Shown: positions 24,181 through 38,434, numbered from the whole stretch's first letter. The stretch: DNA of 62,574 nucleotides, filler included, from Sphacelaria rigidula (GCA_964200075.2; 9 parts of 9 records of this genome joined end to end with filler, not necessarily neighbours in it); one strand, 5' to 3'. Notes: generated from the letters alone by a model not told the origin. Numbers and translations are program-made.

Positions 24181-27100
24181 GTGATAATTGGAAAAAAAAC
24201 TGAAGAGCACCTAGACCTTCTTGTAACTACGGGCGTATTTTTCCAAGATACGGGTATTCACAGCGCACCATGGCGCTCTGCGCAATGTGATTAGTTGACG
24301 AAGTGCTGGGTCTACGAGCCCAGACCACACCAAATTTTACAAGTCCACGTAGGATGGACGAACCGTTGCTGCCAGAGGGTTCACGTTCTGCCTCCATCAG
24401 GGTCACGGTCAGACGTCAGGGGTGGGCTGGGCTGGGTCAGTCTGTTCTCGGCAATAGGATATCCAAAACTTTGCCGGAGATTTTCAACAGGGACCACAAC
24501 GCCTACACTCAAAACGTGCAATTATAATGCCTATAATTCCCACCAGAGTGTTCAGAGCTCTTCACATATGGTATCGTTAGTGAAGCCATTCACCACGGGG
24601 TCGGAGAGTCGTGAGTTCGGATTCCCACCTCAATCACCGCGCAACAGGAAAGAGATGAAATTACTGAAGATTTATAGGCCCGCAATGGTGGCGGAAGACC
24701 TCACATGACTTGACTGTGCACACTACCGTACTACGTTGCTATTGTATATTAGTACAACAGCTCTTTCGAAAGTACGGTGTGGAGGTGGTCGCTCACACAC
24801 GGGATGCCAAAACCAATTGTAAAAGAAAAGGGGGTGGTAATTGCAAGCCACCAGCTCACAAAAACCGTTCCCGCTAGAAGCTTTTACTGAAGTGGGAAAA
24901 TAGAGGGTCAAACGGGAAGGCGTGATACACAGAATGCTTACACTAGTCGGTGGCTCTGCGGTGCCCACTGGTGTGTGTGTCTGTATCTACTCTGCTGCCC
25001 TGAATCCCTTGTGCTTTTTACTTTTCAGGTATCTTTTTTCATCTTTTTGTTTTTAGGTCGGCCATCTTCTTGTGTGCTTTGCTTTTATTGATTTTTTCTT
25101 CTTTTTTTCCACGTGCTAGTCTAGTATGTTGTCCTGTTGGAATTTTTTCTGCTCCTTCTTTTTCTTCAGCGAGTATTTCAGTTTTGACTTCTTGGGTGCG
25201 TCTATCATGCGACCATGGCTGGACCCATGGGTGGTCAGTTAAAGTGCGACAATCAAATCAATTAAATCAGTGAATAAAATCTACGCATGGCAAAGGCAGT
25301 TGCCGCACGGGAGTGTGCAGGGGACAAACCACGCATTTCATCAACACTTGAAGATGAATCTGCCGATTTTGACGCTGCCGGATTGAATATCAATTTCATG
25401 ACATCAGCAAGGTAGATACCGCGGGGACGATGGGTCAATCGCTGGAGAATGCGGACTAGTCCCAAGAAGGGAGGGGGGTTACGCGCATGACAAAGAGAAG
25501 ATAAGAGAAACACGTGCGGGTTGAGGGACTTATGAACGTGTGTGGATCAATGTGCAGTTTGTAATATGTGCCGACGGGCTCGTTTGCTCTGTTGGTTTTT
25601 CCCGCGGAGAAGATATTTCAACTATGGACAACCATGGTCGATTGCCGCTTGCCAGTCCGGATACAAAAGAAAAAAGAAATGATCACGTGTGGATGAACTA
25701 TTGTAGCCGAAGTCATGATGCCATACCGGTGAGTCAGTCCATTGTTGCCCGCCTCGAAAAGGACTAACGTGATGAGCATCAGCAACTCTTGTGGGTTGCC
25801 CACTGATACATTCACACATGTAGAATTTTTGTTGCCCCTCAGGCAGGGATAACATGGCTGCAGGTTTGTATCGCCGTTCAGCAGCATAGTTGAAAATCAA
25901 CAACAATGAGCACGTTTTTGAAAAACTTACCCCAATCGTAGAACGTGCATCAGTCGCTTTGTTACACACATGACGATACATGGCTACATATCGAAAAGTG
26001 ATGGTGTTGTGGAGGATTTAGCAAAGCTGCTGACGCTTATAAGTCTGGGCGACACAGTTCAATCTTGACTGCAGGATAAGTAACGCGTCGATCAAGTGTC
26101 GACAGTGGCGGTAGACAGTCAGCGATTAAGTACGACACCCGTATATTACGTACGTGAAGCGTCGGAATAGCCGTAGTAGCAAACCAATGTGTTGACATTT
26201 TTTTTCCAACAACCGATTTTGTTTTATATTTCGGCAATCGCCTCCCGTTAACCCAGCATAGTTTGGAGATCGTTACTGAAAGAGCGGTCGTGCACAAAAT
26301 TTTAAACACGAAGTGATGGATGAGTATTGACATAGGTACGTCAACTGGAGTGGATCAATTCACACTCGAAGGATCAAGATGGACCTGGTATTCACCATGT
26401 TCCTTCTTTTTTAACCCCGAATATGATTTTTCCGTTGAACCACGGACAGGATCCGGAAATGGAAATGACGACAAAGAAGAACGAGGATGCTCATGACGAT
26501 TTGGAAGGCAGAGGCGGGACGAGTGTGGGCGGACGGTCAAGCAGTCTCAATGCCTCGTGTGACAGCAACAGTAAACAAATTGTGTGACAAGACTAGTCCA
26601 GCCGGGTTTTTTTGTCGTGCCCTTCCAGGTTTATTAATGGCATTAGTCCTATCTGTAAGACCCGTAGTCAGGAGGTGGTACATACCGTCGTGTGTTTCGC
26701 CATGATGGTACGAGTTCCCGGCAGGGTACTGTCCGTAGTGCAGTGTGTTGAGGAGGTGCAAGACAGTTGGTAACGTGTACGATACTCCAGTGAGTATTCC
26801 GCTTGAGAGCTAGCCGAATAGACCGGCACCTGAAAGTAGGGCCCCGTACTGAGTACGGTCAAGTCCAGTTGCTAGGGAAAGTACTATCGCGGGTCGAGTC
26901 GTGTGCAAGTGTATTTATCGCAGATAAGGGGGACCTCCCTACTGTGTCAAAGGTGCGGTGTGATGTAGTGCTTCTTTGGAGCCTATACTGTGGGGTAAAT
27001 TGAGTGTGGTACTGTGATGGATGAAGCGATTCCCCGCTCGTGAATGTATTCGTCAAGTTGCGAACTGAGATTTTTGCTGACACGAATACCAGTCGGAAGT

Positions 27101-27858
27101 ACTGGTATTGCTCGCTCATGCCTTTGCGAGTTTCTGTTCGTTGGTTTGTTTCGGAAACGGTCCTCCTGTCCCTTTTTTGTAGGAATGATTCAAGTCTTCA
27201 CCTTCCCTCTTCGTGGTGGTCGTTGGCCACTATTAGCTCACATGCCGGGTATCTTTGCAGAGGTTTGCGCACTATTTTGTCACGGGAGAAACCGCCTGGT
27301 ACGTTTGAACCAGTTTCGTTCGATCGCGTGAAGCATGTGGTACTGCGTGCTAATGTAGTGCGCCCTGTGCTTCGTTGGTAGTAACATTGCACACACCGGA
27401 CAGCTTATGAGCTACCTAAAATAACAATAAATCGAAGAGAACCCTCGGATCCCTCGTCCAAAAACACAAAATGCGTGGCAAGAGGGTCCGAGAAGTCAAA
27501 GCGATACCTGTTGGCTACTTCGCGTGCTCGGCATCCAGCGCTGTAGGAAGCAAGTTTGGAGAAGGGGAGCTATATGAGCTAGCTCATGATCCGGATCAGT
27601 AGAGTGGTGAGAAGTAACATTCAGGTAACTCACGATCTGTTCGACGTGGGGAGAAAATTGCATTTATTGTCTCTCCCCCCCCCCCGCGCGCGCGGAACCA
27701 ACGTTTTGAATTGAGTCTAGATTTTGTTGTATCATGTGTATTTTTTTCTGTTTGAANNNNNNNNNNNNNNNNNNNNNNNNNNNNNNNNNNNNNNNNNNNN
27801 TTAATTAATTAANNNNNNNNNNNNNNNNNNNNNNNNNNNNNNNNNNNNNNNNNNNNGG

Positions 27859-27952
27859 CGTAGGAACGGTGCTCCGTCTCGAAAGGGACGCGTGGTCAAT
27901 GGTCAAACGACTACGACAAGCAACAAATGAGTACGCCTCCCCCACCCCCCCC
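27859..27952 (+). repeat. LINE 3' end (type A) with C-rich tail
   Basis: GTAGGAACGGTGCTCCGTCTCGAAAGGGACGCG..GCAACAAATGAGTACGCCTCCCCCACCCCCCCC. Another truncated copy lies at 34654-34720 (-). Confidence 0.85.
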
Positions 27953-29089
27953 GCGCGCGCCCCCCTGAGAGGGGTCCTCCTTTAGTGGTTGGCGTCGGTT
28001 GGCAACGACGCTGTAAAGTACACCACTTCCCGCGTCAGCTAGGCAACCAGGTTACTGTTTTTCTGTCGCGGTGCACTTTCTCGCGAAAACCATGTATGGC
28101 GATAAATTTGGATCATGTCGTGCGGGGTGGAGAGGGTCACTTGCGCGCAAATGAGATAAGCGTACTACGCAATGTTTTACATGGTGAGACACTCATGAGG
28201 CAGTGTAACCCGTGGCTGCCTCTGGAAGTGGTGATACCAGAAAATGAAGCAACTTCGAGACTGCCACCTATAAGCAAAACAATTATTTGTAGTGCGCGTC
28301 GGGTTGAACATCTTGGCAGAATGCAGGTCCCCCTCATGCGAATTGCCGAACAGATCACGGCGCTTCACGCTTGGTGACTACGAGCCTAGCCCGGCGGAAG
28401 TCCGGAGAGCTCCGTCCCGGGTTTGTAGGGATGCGAGGGCAAATGTCTTATGAATACGGTATGCAAGATCATGAGTACACCCTTCTCTCCTTCCTGAAAG
28501 GTTCAAAATAAGAAAGAAGGTGCATGAAGGTAGACGATGAAAGGATCGCGCACCCCTGCAGGATCTTAGCTTTCTCTATCGAAAACATGCGGCGGCAAGG
28601 CACAAAGCGGACTTGACTCTTACATTGGGGACCACCGCGGCAGATGCCACCCATTTCACAGAACCACGCAAACCCCCACAAATTCATCTTCAGCTGAGAC
28701 CACAACACTGCAGCATAGCGCGCCAGTTGAGCGGATGCCCTCAGACAAAACAAAAGTGGAAAACAGAACATGAAAAATGATGTTCATTATCCGTAAGAAG
28801 TGGCCTCTACGATCACGCATGTGCTCCTACATGGGCCCACTGAAACCACACGAGAACCAAGTTCAAGGCCTACACGATGAACAAAAGATCGGGACATTGT
28901 GGGGGAATACGCTCGGGACAGTGTAGAACCGTCCTGGATGAGACCGAGGGAGCAGACGGGAACACCGAAATGCTCTACACGCTGAAAAATAGGCAACAGA
29001 TGCCACAATGCATGAGAGGTTACTGCAATAGACGCCAAATTTGTCGTCGGTAAAGTCCATTGATAGAGTCCCTTCTCAGAGTGTTGGCC

Positions 29090-30050
29090 GAGCAGCAGTT
29101 TGTTGCGGTCCTACACCGACGTTATTGCCGCCGACCGAATAAGTTGATGGATAGTTTTCCACATTTGTGGATGACGGGAATGGCTATCGATAGGCTGTAC
29201 CAAATATGTTGACCACGCTAATCACTACACACAGACTGGGTTCGAAATCTAGGGATAGCGACAATGGCTATCGATAGATTACGCACAAAATCTGTTGCTG
29301 ATCGTCATTGCTATCAACAGGTACATACCAGAATCTCAGGTGGTATACAGTGCATATCGAGATACATCTCTTGTGACCCATTGGCACACCTACGAAGCAA
29401 TATACTGTGGAAAGAGCAAACATTATGTTGAAGTATGCGGTGAAGACGCCGCAGTTGAACATGCGGTGAGTATATGATGACACTTGTAAAAAAAATTGTC
29501 ACGATACTACAAGGTCGAAACGGTTACACGTTGTAGGGATCCGCAACATGTGCGAACAAAAGTTCAAGCGATAATTGATGTGGTGTTGGTACTCAGGGTC
29601 CTCTCTCTGACGGGACAAGAGCACTTAGAGTACGTTTTGTGCGGGGGTGGGATATGCTTACACCCTTGACGAAAGAATAATATTACACTGTCGCAACAAT
29701 AGCCCCAAAAATGTGTCTGTTGAATGTCCAATGTCAGCGACAATCGGCTGGCATCACCGCCTACCGATAGCTGTTGTAGGCAACAATAAATTCGGGACAA
29801 GGGGCAGAAAGTATATTTTGCCATGACGATCTAGAGGCCGAGTCGTGTATCGATGGATGCTATTTGTTGCAATTGGCTCTGATTTGTTTTCTCCGACTTC
29901 AATTGGTTATCATGATAGGATTTGCATTGCGGCCAACAACATATATTACTGGTAACAACAAAAAGTCTGAATTGTGGTCATCAAAGTCTATTGCTGGTCA
30001 CAGTACGATCTAAATCGCATCCCCCAGTATCTATTGCTGGCCATGTGCGA
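29090..30050 (+). repeat. ~1 kb non-coding dispersed repeat, collinear with 39625-40590
   Basis: Shared blocks occur in the same order: CCTACACCGA..GCCGACC, TACATACCAGAATC, GCCGCAG.TGAACATGC, TGTAGG.ATCCGCAACATGTG..CAAAAGTT, CAATAGCCCC and TTCGGGACA.GGG.CAGAA. Confidence 0.8.
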
Positions 30051-30519
30051 GCCCAACACACCTCATAGGTCTGTCTGGAACCAGTGAGACTCTCTGGTTC
30101 TCTTCATGGTTCTCTTCATAAAACACTTTTAGTCACGAGGAGGATTCCTCGGGTGTCGGCTGGACCAATCTTGGAGAACTGTCTCTTGGATGAACGGGAC
30201 GATGTATGCTCAAACTACCGAAGAGTCGTGAAGCGATGTACGCATCGAACTGAAGACCAACGTTCCTCGATTCCTCGCCTATCCCCTCGTTTGTCCTTTT
30301 GTTCGAGACGGGATGTGAGGCAAACACCTCTCCCCTCCTCTCACATACTTAATTCTAGCTCTCCACCTTCCGCAGAGAGACGGGGGCTCATATCCCTCCG
30401 TCGGTATCGTATCGCGTACGAGTGTCAGTCACAGAAGGACCTAAATGACGTCGATCAATAGCTGTCGATACATAATGTCCGGTGGATGTTTCCACCTTCT
30501 ACAAAAGCTATTGCCAGCT

Positions 30520-33440
30520 ATTCCCATCACCAACACATTTTTTCGCACACCGATGCACGGGGAAAGGTCGACCGTGTACATATTTCGGGGGCCGAAGGTC
30601 GAACACCGCTGGCGCCTGGACTACATTCTAGTGCGTCAGCAAGACCGCAGACTCGTCCAAAATGTCACTGTACACCCCAAGATGAAGTCGTACCATTGTC
30701 TGATCTCAGCCACTATCCGTCTCCTCAGACTGAACGCTCCCAACTGCCAAATGCAACCGAGCGGCGGGGATACGGGAGTGCGTTTTGACCGCAACGCCCT
30801 TGCATCCGACCGACGCCGGAGAGTGACTGTTTCACAGGCCACTGTCGCTAAGCTCCCGAATGTCACCAATTCCCCCGCATTATTGGACATCAACGACATG
30901 ACATATACCTTCGCCGACGCCCTGTGACAGACGTCCGCGGACACACTCCCTCAATGCCCCCAAAAAACAGATCCAGAGGTATCAGTGAGTCAACTCAAGC
31001 TCAGGATCGTCTCCAAAAGGCGTGGGATCTCCGGGAAAGTAAGTGGAAGAACCTGCGAGCAAACCCGAAAGACGCTGTCCTGAAGAAGGCGCTGAAGGTA
31101 AAGGACAATGAGTTCAAGCGGGTGAAGGATGTTGAGCTGCAGAACTTCGTTCACGAGTTCACAGTCCGGACCGCGGAGTTTGTTCGCAAGAAGGATCAAG
31201 CAGAACTGTACCAGCATATCAAGTCCTTGCAACTAGAAGAAAAAAGCAGAGTGACTCAACTTACATCAGGAGCGCGACTGACGAGCTGTTGTGGTACAAG
31301 CAAGCTCTCCTACAACGATGGAAGGAATGGCTCGAAACACTGCTGAACGCAACCTCGCCTGCGATCGACCACTCTGTCATCGATCTCATCGAACAGATGC
31401 CGGAGCACGCACCACTCGCAGCGGAGCCCTCGATAACAGACGTGAAGGAAGCGGTGGGCGAGCTAGCGAACGGCAAGGCCGTTGGGACGGACAAAATATG
31501 TGGCGCACTATTGAAGCTCTGCCGCACCGAAGACTGTGCCATCCTCAGGGGCCTCCACAACATCGTGCTGACCGTGTGGCGTCAGGAAGTAGTGCCGCAG
31601 GAGTGGAAAAACACCATCATCAAGGTGCTTTTCGAGAACGGGACCCGCACAAATGCGGCAACTACCGCGGTATTCCTCTCGGGTCGCACGCGGGCAAGAT
31701 GGTACTCAAGGTAGTCGCGACTCGCCTCAGTGCTTATTGCGTGTGGAGAGGAATCCTTCCGAAGCACAATGCGGTTTCCAACCTGGCCGATCCACAGTCG
31801 ACATGATGTTCGTTATGCGCAGGCTCCACGCACTGGCCAGAGAGAAGAATCTTCCTCTGTACCTGTGCTTCATCGACCTCCAAAAGGCATACGACTCAGT
31901 CGACCACTCTCTTCTCGAGAAAGTTCTAGCACGCTACGGTATCCCTGTCAAGAAAGTTTCCACCATTCACCAATTCCACGACGGCATGCGGGCATGCGTA
32001 CACCTGGACAACGGCGAAACGACTTAGTGGTTTGACGTTAACCAGGGCCTCCGCCAAGGGTGTGTGCTTTCCACCGGTCTGTTCAAAATATTTTTCGCGG
32101 GGGTGCTTACGGTAAAGTTCCATCGCTTCTCGATCAATAAAGCGGTGGTGCAAGATTTCATCCGCATCGCTGAACGGGGCGGGAAGACCAGGGATAAATT
32201 CAGCAAAGTGCTCCAAGCTATGCTATACGCCGACGACGCTGGCATCGCTTCGCGGTCGCGGGCAAGCCTGGCAAAGACGGCCGTCGTCGAAGTGTGTGCG
32301 GCATTCGGTCTCGTCGTGCTGGAAAAGAAGACGGCCACCATGCGCATGCGCTCCCCGAAGATGGAAGCTCATACGATCGAGGTGGAGACAGCGGGCCAAA
32401 GATTCGAGCAACTTAAGTCGTTCCTCTACCTTGGAGGAAAATTCAGCAGCATCGGTGATGTCACTGCCGAGATCCACAGCCGCATTGGCCAGGACTGGAT
32501 GTGCTCATGCCAGGTAAAGCAGAGCGGTATACGATAACCCGTACATCGCCCTCGCCACCACGGTTCATCTCCCGAAGACTGAAGTGATGGAGGTGATACT
32601 GTACGGCTGCGTGACCAGGAGGATCGCACACGACATTTTTCGGCGCGTTACGGGAAGTCCATCGAGGATTCCTGCTGAGGTGCCTCAATGAGCATACCTC
32701 AAGCCGCAGCGCCCCTGACTACCATATACTACCATACCACGAGGTCCTCGAACGAACTAGTTGCGAGTGCATTGAGGCCGCAGTGATGAAGCGAACCCTC
32801 CTACACGCCCGTCGCGTTGTGCGCATGCACGATGAACGCCTCCCCAACATCGTCATGCGTGGAGTCATGGTTGGGGGGACGACGAGGGCCGGTCGACCAG
32901 GAAGGCGCCTACAACACTGTATCACAGACTACTGTTCGCACTTCGGAATAAATGTGACATCATGGACGCAGGTTGCCCAAGATGTGTCCGAATGGTCCCG
33001 AGTTGTAGAGGAGAGGGCTAACATATACATGGCAGCCTGGACGAAAGCACGCCACGCTAAGGAACTGTTTGCTGTGCTACCACTAGAGCTCCCACAGTGC
33101 CCACCGAGGACTTCTAAAAAGGAACCAGTGGTCCATCGGGTAGTACACTCACCGGGGCATCTGCGGTCGTTCCGAACAGCTATGGTGGTGGTCCATGAGG
33201 GCGCCCGGGGTTGTTTTTTGAGTTGCCCCCCGCCCGGTGGCCTTGCTCCCCTTGTGTCATCCGTCTTTCTTGTCTTGTCTTTCCTTTCCCCTCTCTGTCG
33301 GGGTGCTTTTCTTCGCAGGCCTGAAGGGTTTTTTCTCGTTTTCACTCCGTTAAACTGGTGGAAGCTTGTCATGTTTTGCTTGGCGTTTCCTTCTCATTTT
33401 TATTTAGGTGATATTATAGTCGATTGCGTTTGTCCTTGTA
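30520..33440 (+). mobile_element. Decayed RTE-clade LINE (5'-truncated endonuclease, RT, putative 3' UTR)
   Basis: Endonuclease C-terminus: WRLDYILVR..SYHCLI. RT: NYRGI, FIDLQKAYDSV, GLRQGCVLS, LYADD and FLYLG. RTE-type C-terminus: RMHDERLP..GRP. There are several frameshifts and an in-frame TAG at 32025-32027. Confidence 0.92.
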
Positions 33441-34820
33441 ATTAGGCTGGAGTCTCAAAAATGATGAAGGACTCTACAGTAGTGGGCGGTCAAACTATTT
33501 AGGGGTGTTTGGGGGTTTTCCTTGCGTACTACTGTCCGATAGAACTCGAAATTGCTAGCGTCGATAGATTTTGGTACAACAAAGCAGATCATTCTCGAAA
33601 CATAGTGCGCAAGCCAGTGTTAGTTGGTATTATCGGGCGAAACGAGTAAATACCCCGTTGATCAGGAGGGTGTGATTGACCGTGAAACACAGTTTTTCGG
33701 CCCTAGTGCAACGAGTAGGCAGAATTTCGATAAAATAAAACTGTACATTTCTTTACAAATTTGATCGGGACGGGCTCGATCGACCGAAAATACAGAAGAG
33801 TAAGAATCTGGGCTGAAACGTGGCAGGATCCCCGATGACCGGTCAGACCGGAAGTCACTCAATATGGAGTACACAGGATTTTTTCTTCTTGGAATGTGGA
33901 GCAGATACAAACATCTTTAGATCCCCGATGTGATACGCGGTTGCGAGCGAAAAGGAGCCCAAGAAAATCGCCAATTACGAAAAAATCACAAAATGCTACA
34001 AAATGAATAGTTAGACCGACCACTACTGTATGTCTTGTAAGGAATAGCAGGGACGGTATCGGAAAGGCGAGCCTACGTCTGTGACCATGGGTTCGAGAAA
34101 TCGGACTAGTGTGCGGAAATAATGATGATGATGCTAGTAAGGAGAAGAATAAGAACAAGAGCAAAAACAATAACAATAGAGGCCGTACCCAATCTACCCA
34201 ACATGCCCTACCTGACCGGCCCTTGGAGTAATACCCACAAGAGGGAAACTATGGAAAATACATGTAAGTAGTACACAGCGTCACGGATCCACAACAGTAC
34301 ACGGCTTAAAGGCCCACGGTATAGTAGTAGTACCGTGCAACATTCGAACTCTTAGTACGGTAGGGTACACCGACATGGCAGCTGGTTGCGATGAAAACTT
34401 GACGTGCGATGAAAACTTGACGGCTCGAATAGAGTGTGTGAGTGCGGCATACAGTAGTACAACACAAGGTATAACGTGGGTATTTTTGTACACTACGAGC
34501 ACTGAGTGTGCTACGTGCAGCACAAGTACAAGCGGTACATTGCAACCAGGCTACGCTGTACAGCATGTCGCCACGGTAGCTCAGCAGGTGATATCCTTAA
34601 CAGTGGAGAGCGACCATGGCGTGGGCACACAAAAAGTTGACTTCACGGTCGAAGAGGGGGGGGGGGGCGGGGGGGGGGTTCCCCTTTGTTGCTTGCCTTA
34701 GTCCTTTTTCCATTTACCACNNNNNNNNNNNNNNNNNNNNNNNNNNNNNNNNNNNNNNNNNNNNTTAATTAATTAANNNNNNNNNNNNNNNNNNNNNNNN
34801 NNNNNNNNNNNNNNNNNNNN

Positions 34821-35370
34821 CTTGGACCATTTACGGTCAATAACACCCTGCTGATAAACGGGGTCTTCACCCCGTATCGCCCCCGCAACACCAACTTGTG
34901 CGATTGTGATTTGAGCATAGTTTGCTTATTTTGCCAAAACTACCAACGCTAGCACTTTCGAGTGCTCATGGGAAATGTTATGCGAAAACCCCCCGAAAAT
35001 AGGCCATCCGCAGAAAATGCGAGACTGAGGTGTGTGCAGTAAAGGAGGGAAACATGATCTCGATCGTTCTTGTGAAGAATTTTATACGTATTAATCCATC
35101 TGAACATTTACCGTTTCGTCGCTGAAGAGCGGGAAAACTGCTTATATTGGACCAAAAACGGTCAATAACACCCTCCTGATAAACGGGGTATCGAGTCCGT
35201 ATCGCCCCAAAAATACCAACTTGAGCACTGCAGTTTGAGCGCGGCCTACGCTTTCTTCCTAAATCTACCAGCGGTAGCACTTTCAAGTAGTAGTGAAGAA
35301 CGGTACTCCAAAAAAACTCAGAAAAAGAACAACTACGAATTCTGAAACTTCTGATGCTGACTACTATAAT
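34821..35370. repeat. Repeat with internal duplication, shared in inverted orientation with the end of contig 7
   Basis: GGTCAATAACACCCT.CTGATAAACGGGGT occurs at ~34836 and ~35161. The segment 35275-35365 matches the reverse complement of ~48548-48645. Confidence 0.75.
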
Positions 35371-36654
35371 GAATACAAAACCATTGCACGCAGCCTGAAC
35401 ATGAAAAATCCCAACAACGTTTTGGTGTAAAACACAGGGATACAAAATTGTGTGCATGCGCAGGGACGACAACTCCCATCTTTGGACAATGTCGGACAAC
35501 AACATAATCTACTTCGAGGGGAGGGAAGAAATAGGGGGCGACTCGCCCACCCAATATCCACTTTCGAACAACGCTTTTTATGCACGAGCTGTGATATATA
35601 CGCACTCATGCTCAGGGTCACAGAGTCTGGTCGTGACAAGTTTCTATCCTTAGCGAATACCACAACAAAATTGTGTTTGAGAGGGTGAGGACAAGGGACG
35701 AAGGGGGCGGGAGAGGTTTAGCTAGGTAAAGTGTAGTAGAAACGAACAAGATAGGCCTCAGGTGAAATGGCCATCTGCCCCATTATTTTCGCGATGTTTT
35801 GCCACTTGAGCCCCTTTTGCCCCGAGGTTGCGACTTGGACATTAGTTCGACGGACGTTCGCAGGGGTTGAGTTTCAGAAATATTTTTTATGTACTGTCAT
35901 CAATTTTATGGCATGAGAGTTTGTGGTGAAAAGCCCGATACGTGTACAGGACCTGCGTCGCGACAAGAACGAACAGGAGACTTGTTCTTGAAATGAAGGA
36001 CGCGTGTTACGCATCAAAAGACACGAAAAGAAACAGTGTAGACACTATTGTACGACGTGGAGCAGAAAATTTCCCACAGGTGTTTCATCAGGGTCTCACC
36101 CCTCTTCCACGGTGGAACATGACAAGTATGTATAACCGCACATTAGATCGAATTAGTTCAAACAACAATGTGCCAATAAGTACCAAAAGGAACCTCTTGC
36201 TGTGTCACCGGTAGAGTTTCCTGTCTATAGAAGGTCGCCGAAACGTAACAAATAGCCCATTACGCAGTATACTTGCTATAATCGTGTATCTTCCATATTC
36301 CTGAAAAAAAATTGTGTATCTTTCGCTGGGTAACCGTAGAGTCTGCTGGGGTGTACATCTTGCTGCTTCACTCACTACTACGTCTGTCGAGCTCCATTAC
36401 TTTGTTGGCAGATTTGATTCGTTGGTGTTAATACACACCTTCGACCAGCTTGGGGAGTGGTTCTTCATCTCCTGTTTTCTATGCGTTTTTCTCCTTGTCT
36501 TTCATCTTGTTTCATCCTGGGGTCTGAAGAATCCGCTCGATAAGCGCTCTTACCTCATACAAGGAATAGTAGAATAGTAGCGGTGCTTGAAGGGCGGGCC
36601 TGGGTCTGTGACTGCGGGTTCAAAGGATCGGACTAGGGTGCGAAAATAACGACG

Positions 36655-36691
<37 letters not shown>

Positions 36692-36750
36692 CGACGACGA
36701 CGACGACGACGGCAACACTAATAATAGAATATATATAAATGATACACCAG

Positions 36751-37100
36751 TATGTGTTGTCGTCCCAGCTATTCCACGCCTTTTGGCCTACACATTTCGG
36801 TATATGTGGGCGCACCAGCCGGGGTCACACAGGAGGAAGGTCAACACAGGAGCTTCTTTTTTATTTGTTTTTAGTACCCCACATTCCTTCCGCGGTGCTT
36901 GCCTTATTTTTTATCGCGAGTGGGGTTCAACTTTCCCTCTCCCTCGTCGACCTTTGAGTCGGATTTTGTGTACCCACGATATAGTCGCTCTCTCCTATTG
37001 GGCATGGTGTGAGAAAAACTCCCAGATTGCTCCGAAATTTGAACCAACGACCCAACCGTCAAAAGGTTTCGAGGTTACCAACTGAGCCACCGGGGCGACC
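36751..37100 (-). mobile_element. tRNA-derived SINE, copy 2
   Basis: The head reads GGTCGCCCCGGTGGCTCAGTTGG (A box) .. GGTTCAAATT (B-box-like), and the 3' end reads GGGACGACAACACA. Confidence 0.85.
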
Positions 37101-37234
37101 AGTACTTTTGAATAATAGTACCGAAAACTTAGTAGTATTTTAGGGAAGGAAAAAGAATAGAAGTGTACATGTATAAAGGAATACTGCACAAAAATCATGG
37201 CAGTGTTTCATGAAAGTCAACAAACAAGACTCAC

Positions 37235-37382
37235 CCACTAGCATTTCCTGCATGGGGGCGACCCGGGCGTTGCACGGCTGGCAAACGCGCTGAGGGTCTC
37301 GAGTGCCGAACGAGCGAGGTAACAGCACGCGGAAGCGGCTGCAGTGGTAGCAGTACAACCGTCCGCATGCCCGGCAGTGGTG
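37235..37382 (-). CDS. Exon of a FYVE zinc-finger protein
   Basis: TAG|HHCRACGRLYCYHCSRFRVLLPRSFGTRDPQRVCQPCNARVAPMQEMLV-G|GTGAGT contains the FYVE signatures HHCRxCG and RVCxxC. Confidence 0.88.
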
Positions 37383-37930
37383 CTATTCGTGAGGTTGGAG
37401 CATGACATGAAAAAAAACAGCGGCAGGGGGCGGGGGGGGGGGCGTCAGGGAAGGGGGAAAGAACGTAAAAATGCGAAAAAAACATACGAACACGAAAGCG
37501 ACAAGACGATGAAAGAGGCTCGTGAAAAAATATCGTGCAGCAGCAGGGCAGGGAAATAGTTCAGGGCACAATGGCTCGGCATCCCTACACACACACACAC
37601 TTCACGTTATTTTCTGGCACAAAAAATTATACCCTGACTTGACCAACCTCTTCAACTACGAGACTTTGATGTGAACCCTACTTCGTTTTACTATTTTCAC
37701 TACTCTCGTACTGCACCGAATACCCGCTATTCTGTAAAGGGAGGGAAGTCAGTTTCATTTCTACACATATAACATGTGATTTTTCGGCACAAACTTCACC
37801 ATACCGTGACTTCATCAACCCCTCCCCTACAAGACTGCGATTTGCACCTTACTTCGTTTCACTACCTTCACTACTCTCGTACCTAACCCTCATTCTGCAA
37901 GGGGAAGTCAGCTCAATTCCTACACAACAG

Positions 37931-38434
37931 CACATCCTGGACAATACAATGTGTGCTGTGTGTTGTCGTCCCATCTATTCTGGACGCCAATCTACACCTC
38001 TCCGTATATGTGGGCGCATCAGCCGGGGTCACACAGGAGGCAGGCCAACACTGGAGCTTTTCCCTTTTTGTTTGCTTTTAGTACCCCACCTCCCTTCTGC
38101 GGCGCTTGCCCTTATTTTTTATCGCGAGAGGGGTTCAGTTGTTCCTTTCCCTCGTCGACCGTTGAGTCGAATTTTGTGTACCCACGAAATAGTCGCTCTC
38201 CACTGTTGGGCACGGTGTCAGAAAAAATCTCAGATTGCTCTGAGACTTGAACGCACGACCCAGCCATCAGCAGGTGTCGAGGTTACCAACTGAGCCACCG
38301 GGGCGACCGGTAGAATACACAGTCAAAAAGTGTACTGCGTATAGAATCAACTATTGCGCCTATTGCAATAGACATTAGATTTCAAACTGTACGCAGTATA
38401 CTTTTTGACGATAGAATCTGTTGTCCAGAGTGTG
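37931..38434. mobile_element. MITE (TIR CACA.CCTGGACAA) carrying a nested SINE
   Basis: The ends are CACATCCTGGACAA and TTGTCCAGAGTGTG, with internal inverted AAAAAGTGTACTGCGTA / TACGCAGTATACTTTTT. An uninterrupted relative lies at 42620-42798. Confidence 0.75.
37950..38308 (-). mobile_element. tRNA-derived SINE, copy 3
   Basis: Collinear with copies 1 and 2, with the same head and (CA)-rich tail. Confidence 0.85.

Noticed and set aside
25262-25770. Short protein-like frames on both strands downstream of the DHHC exons
   Set aside because: No consistent splice model or recognisable family.
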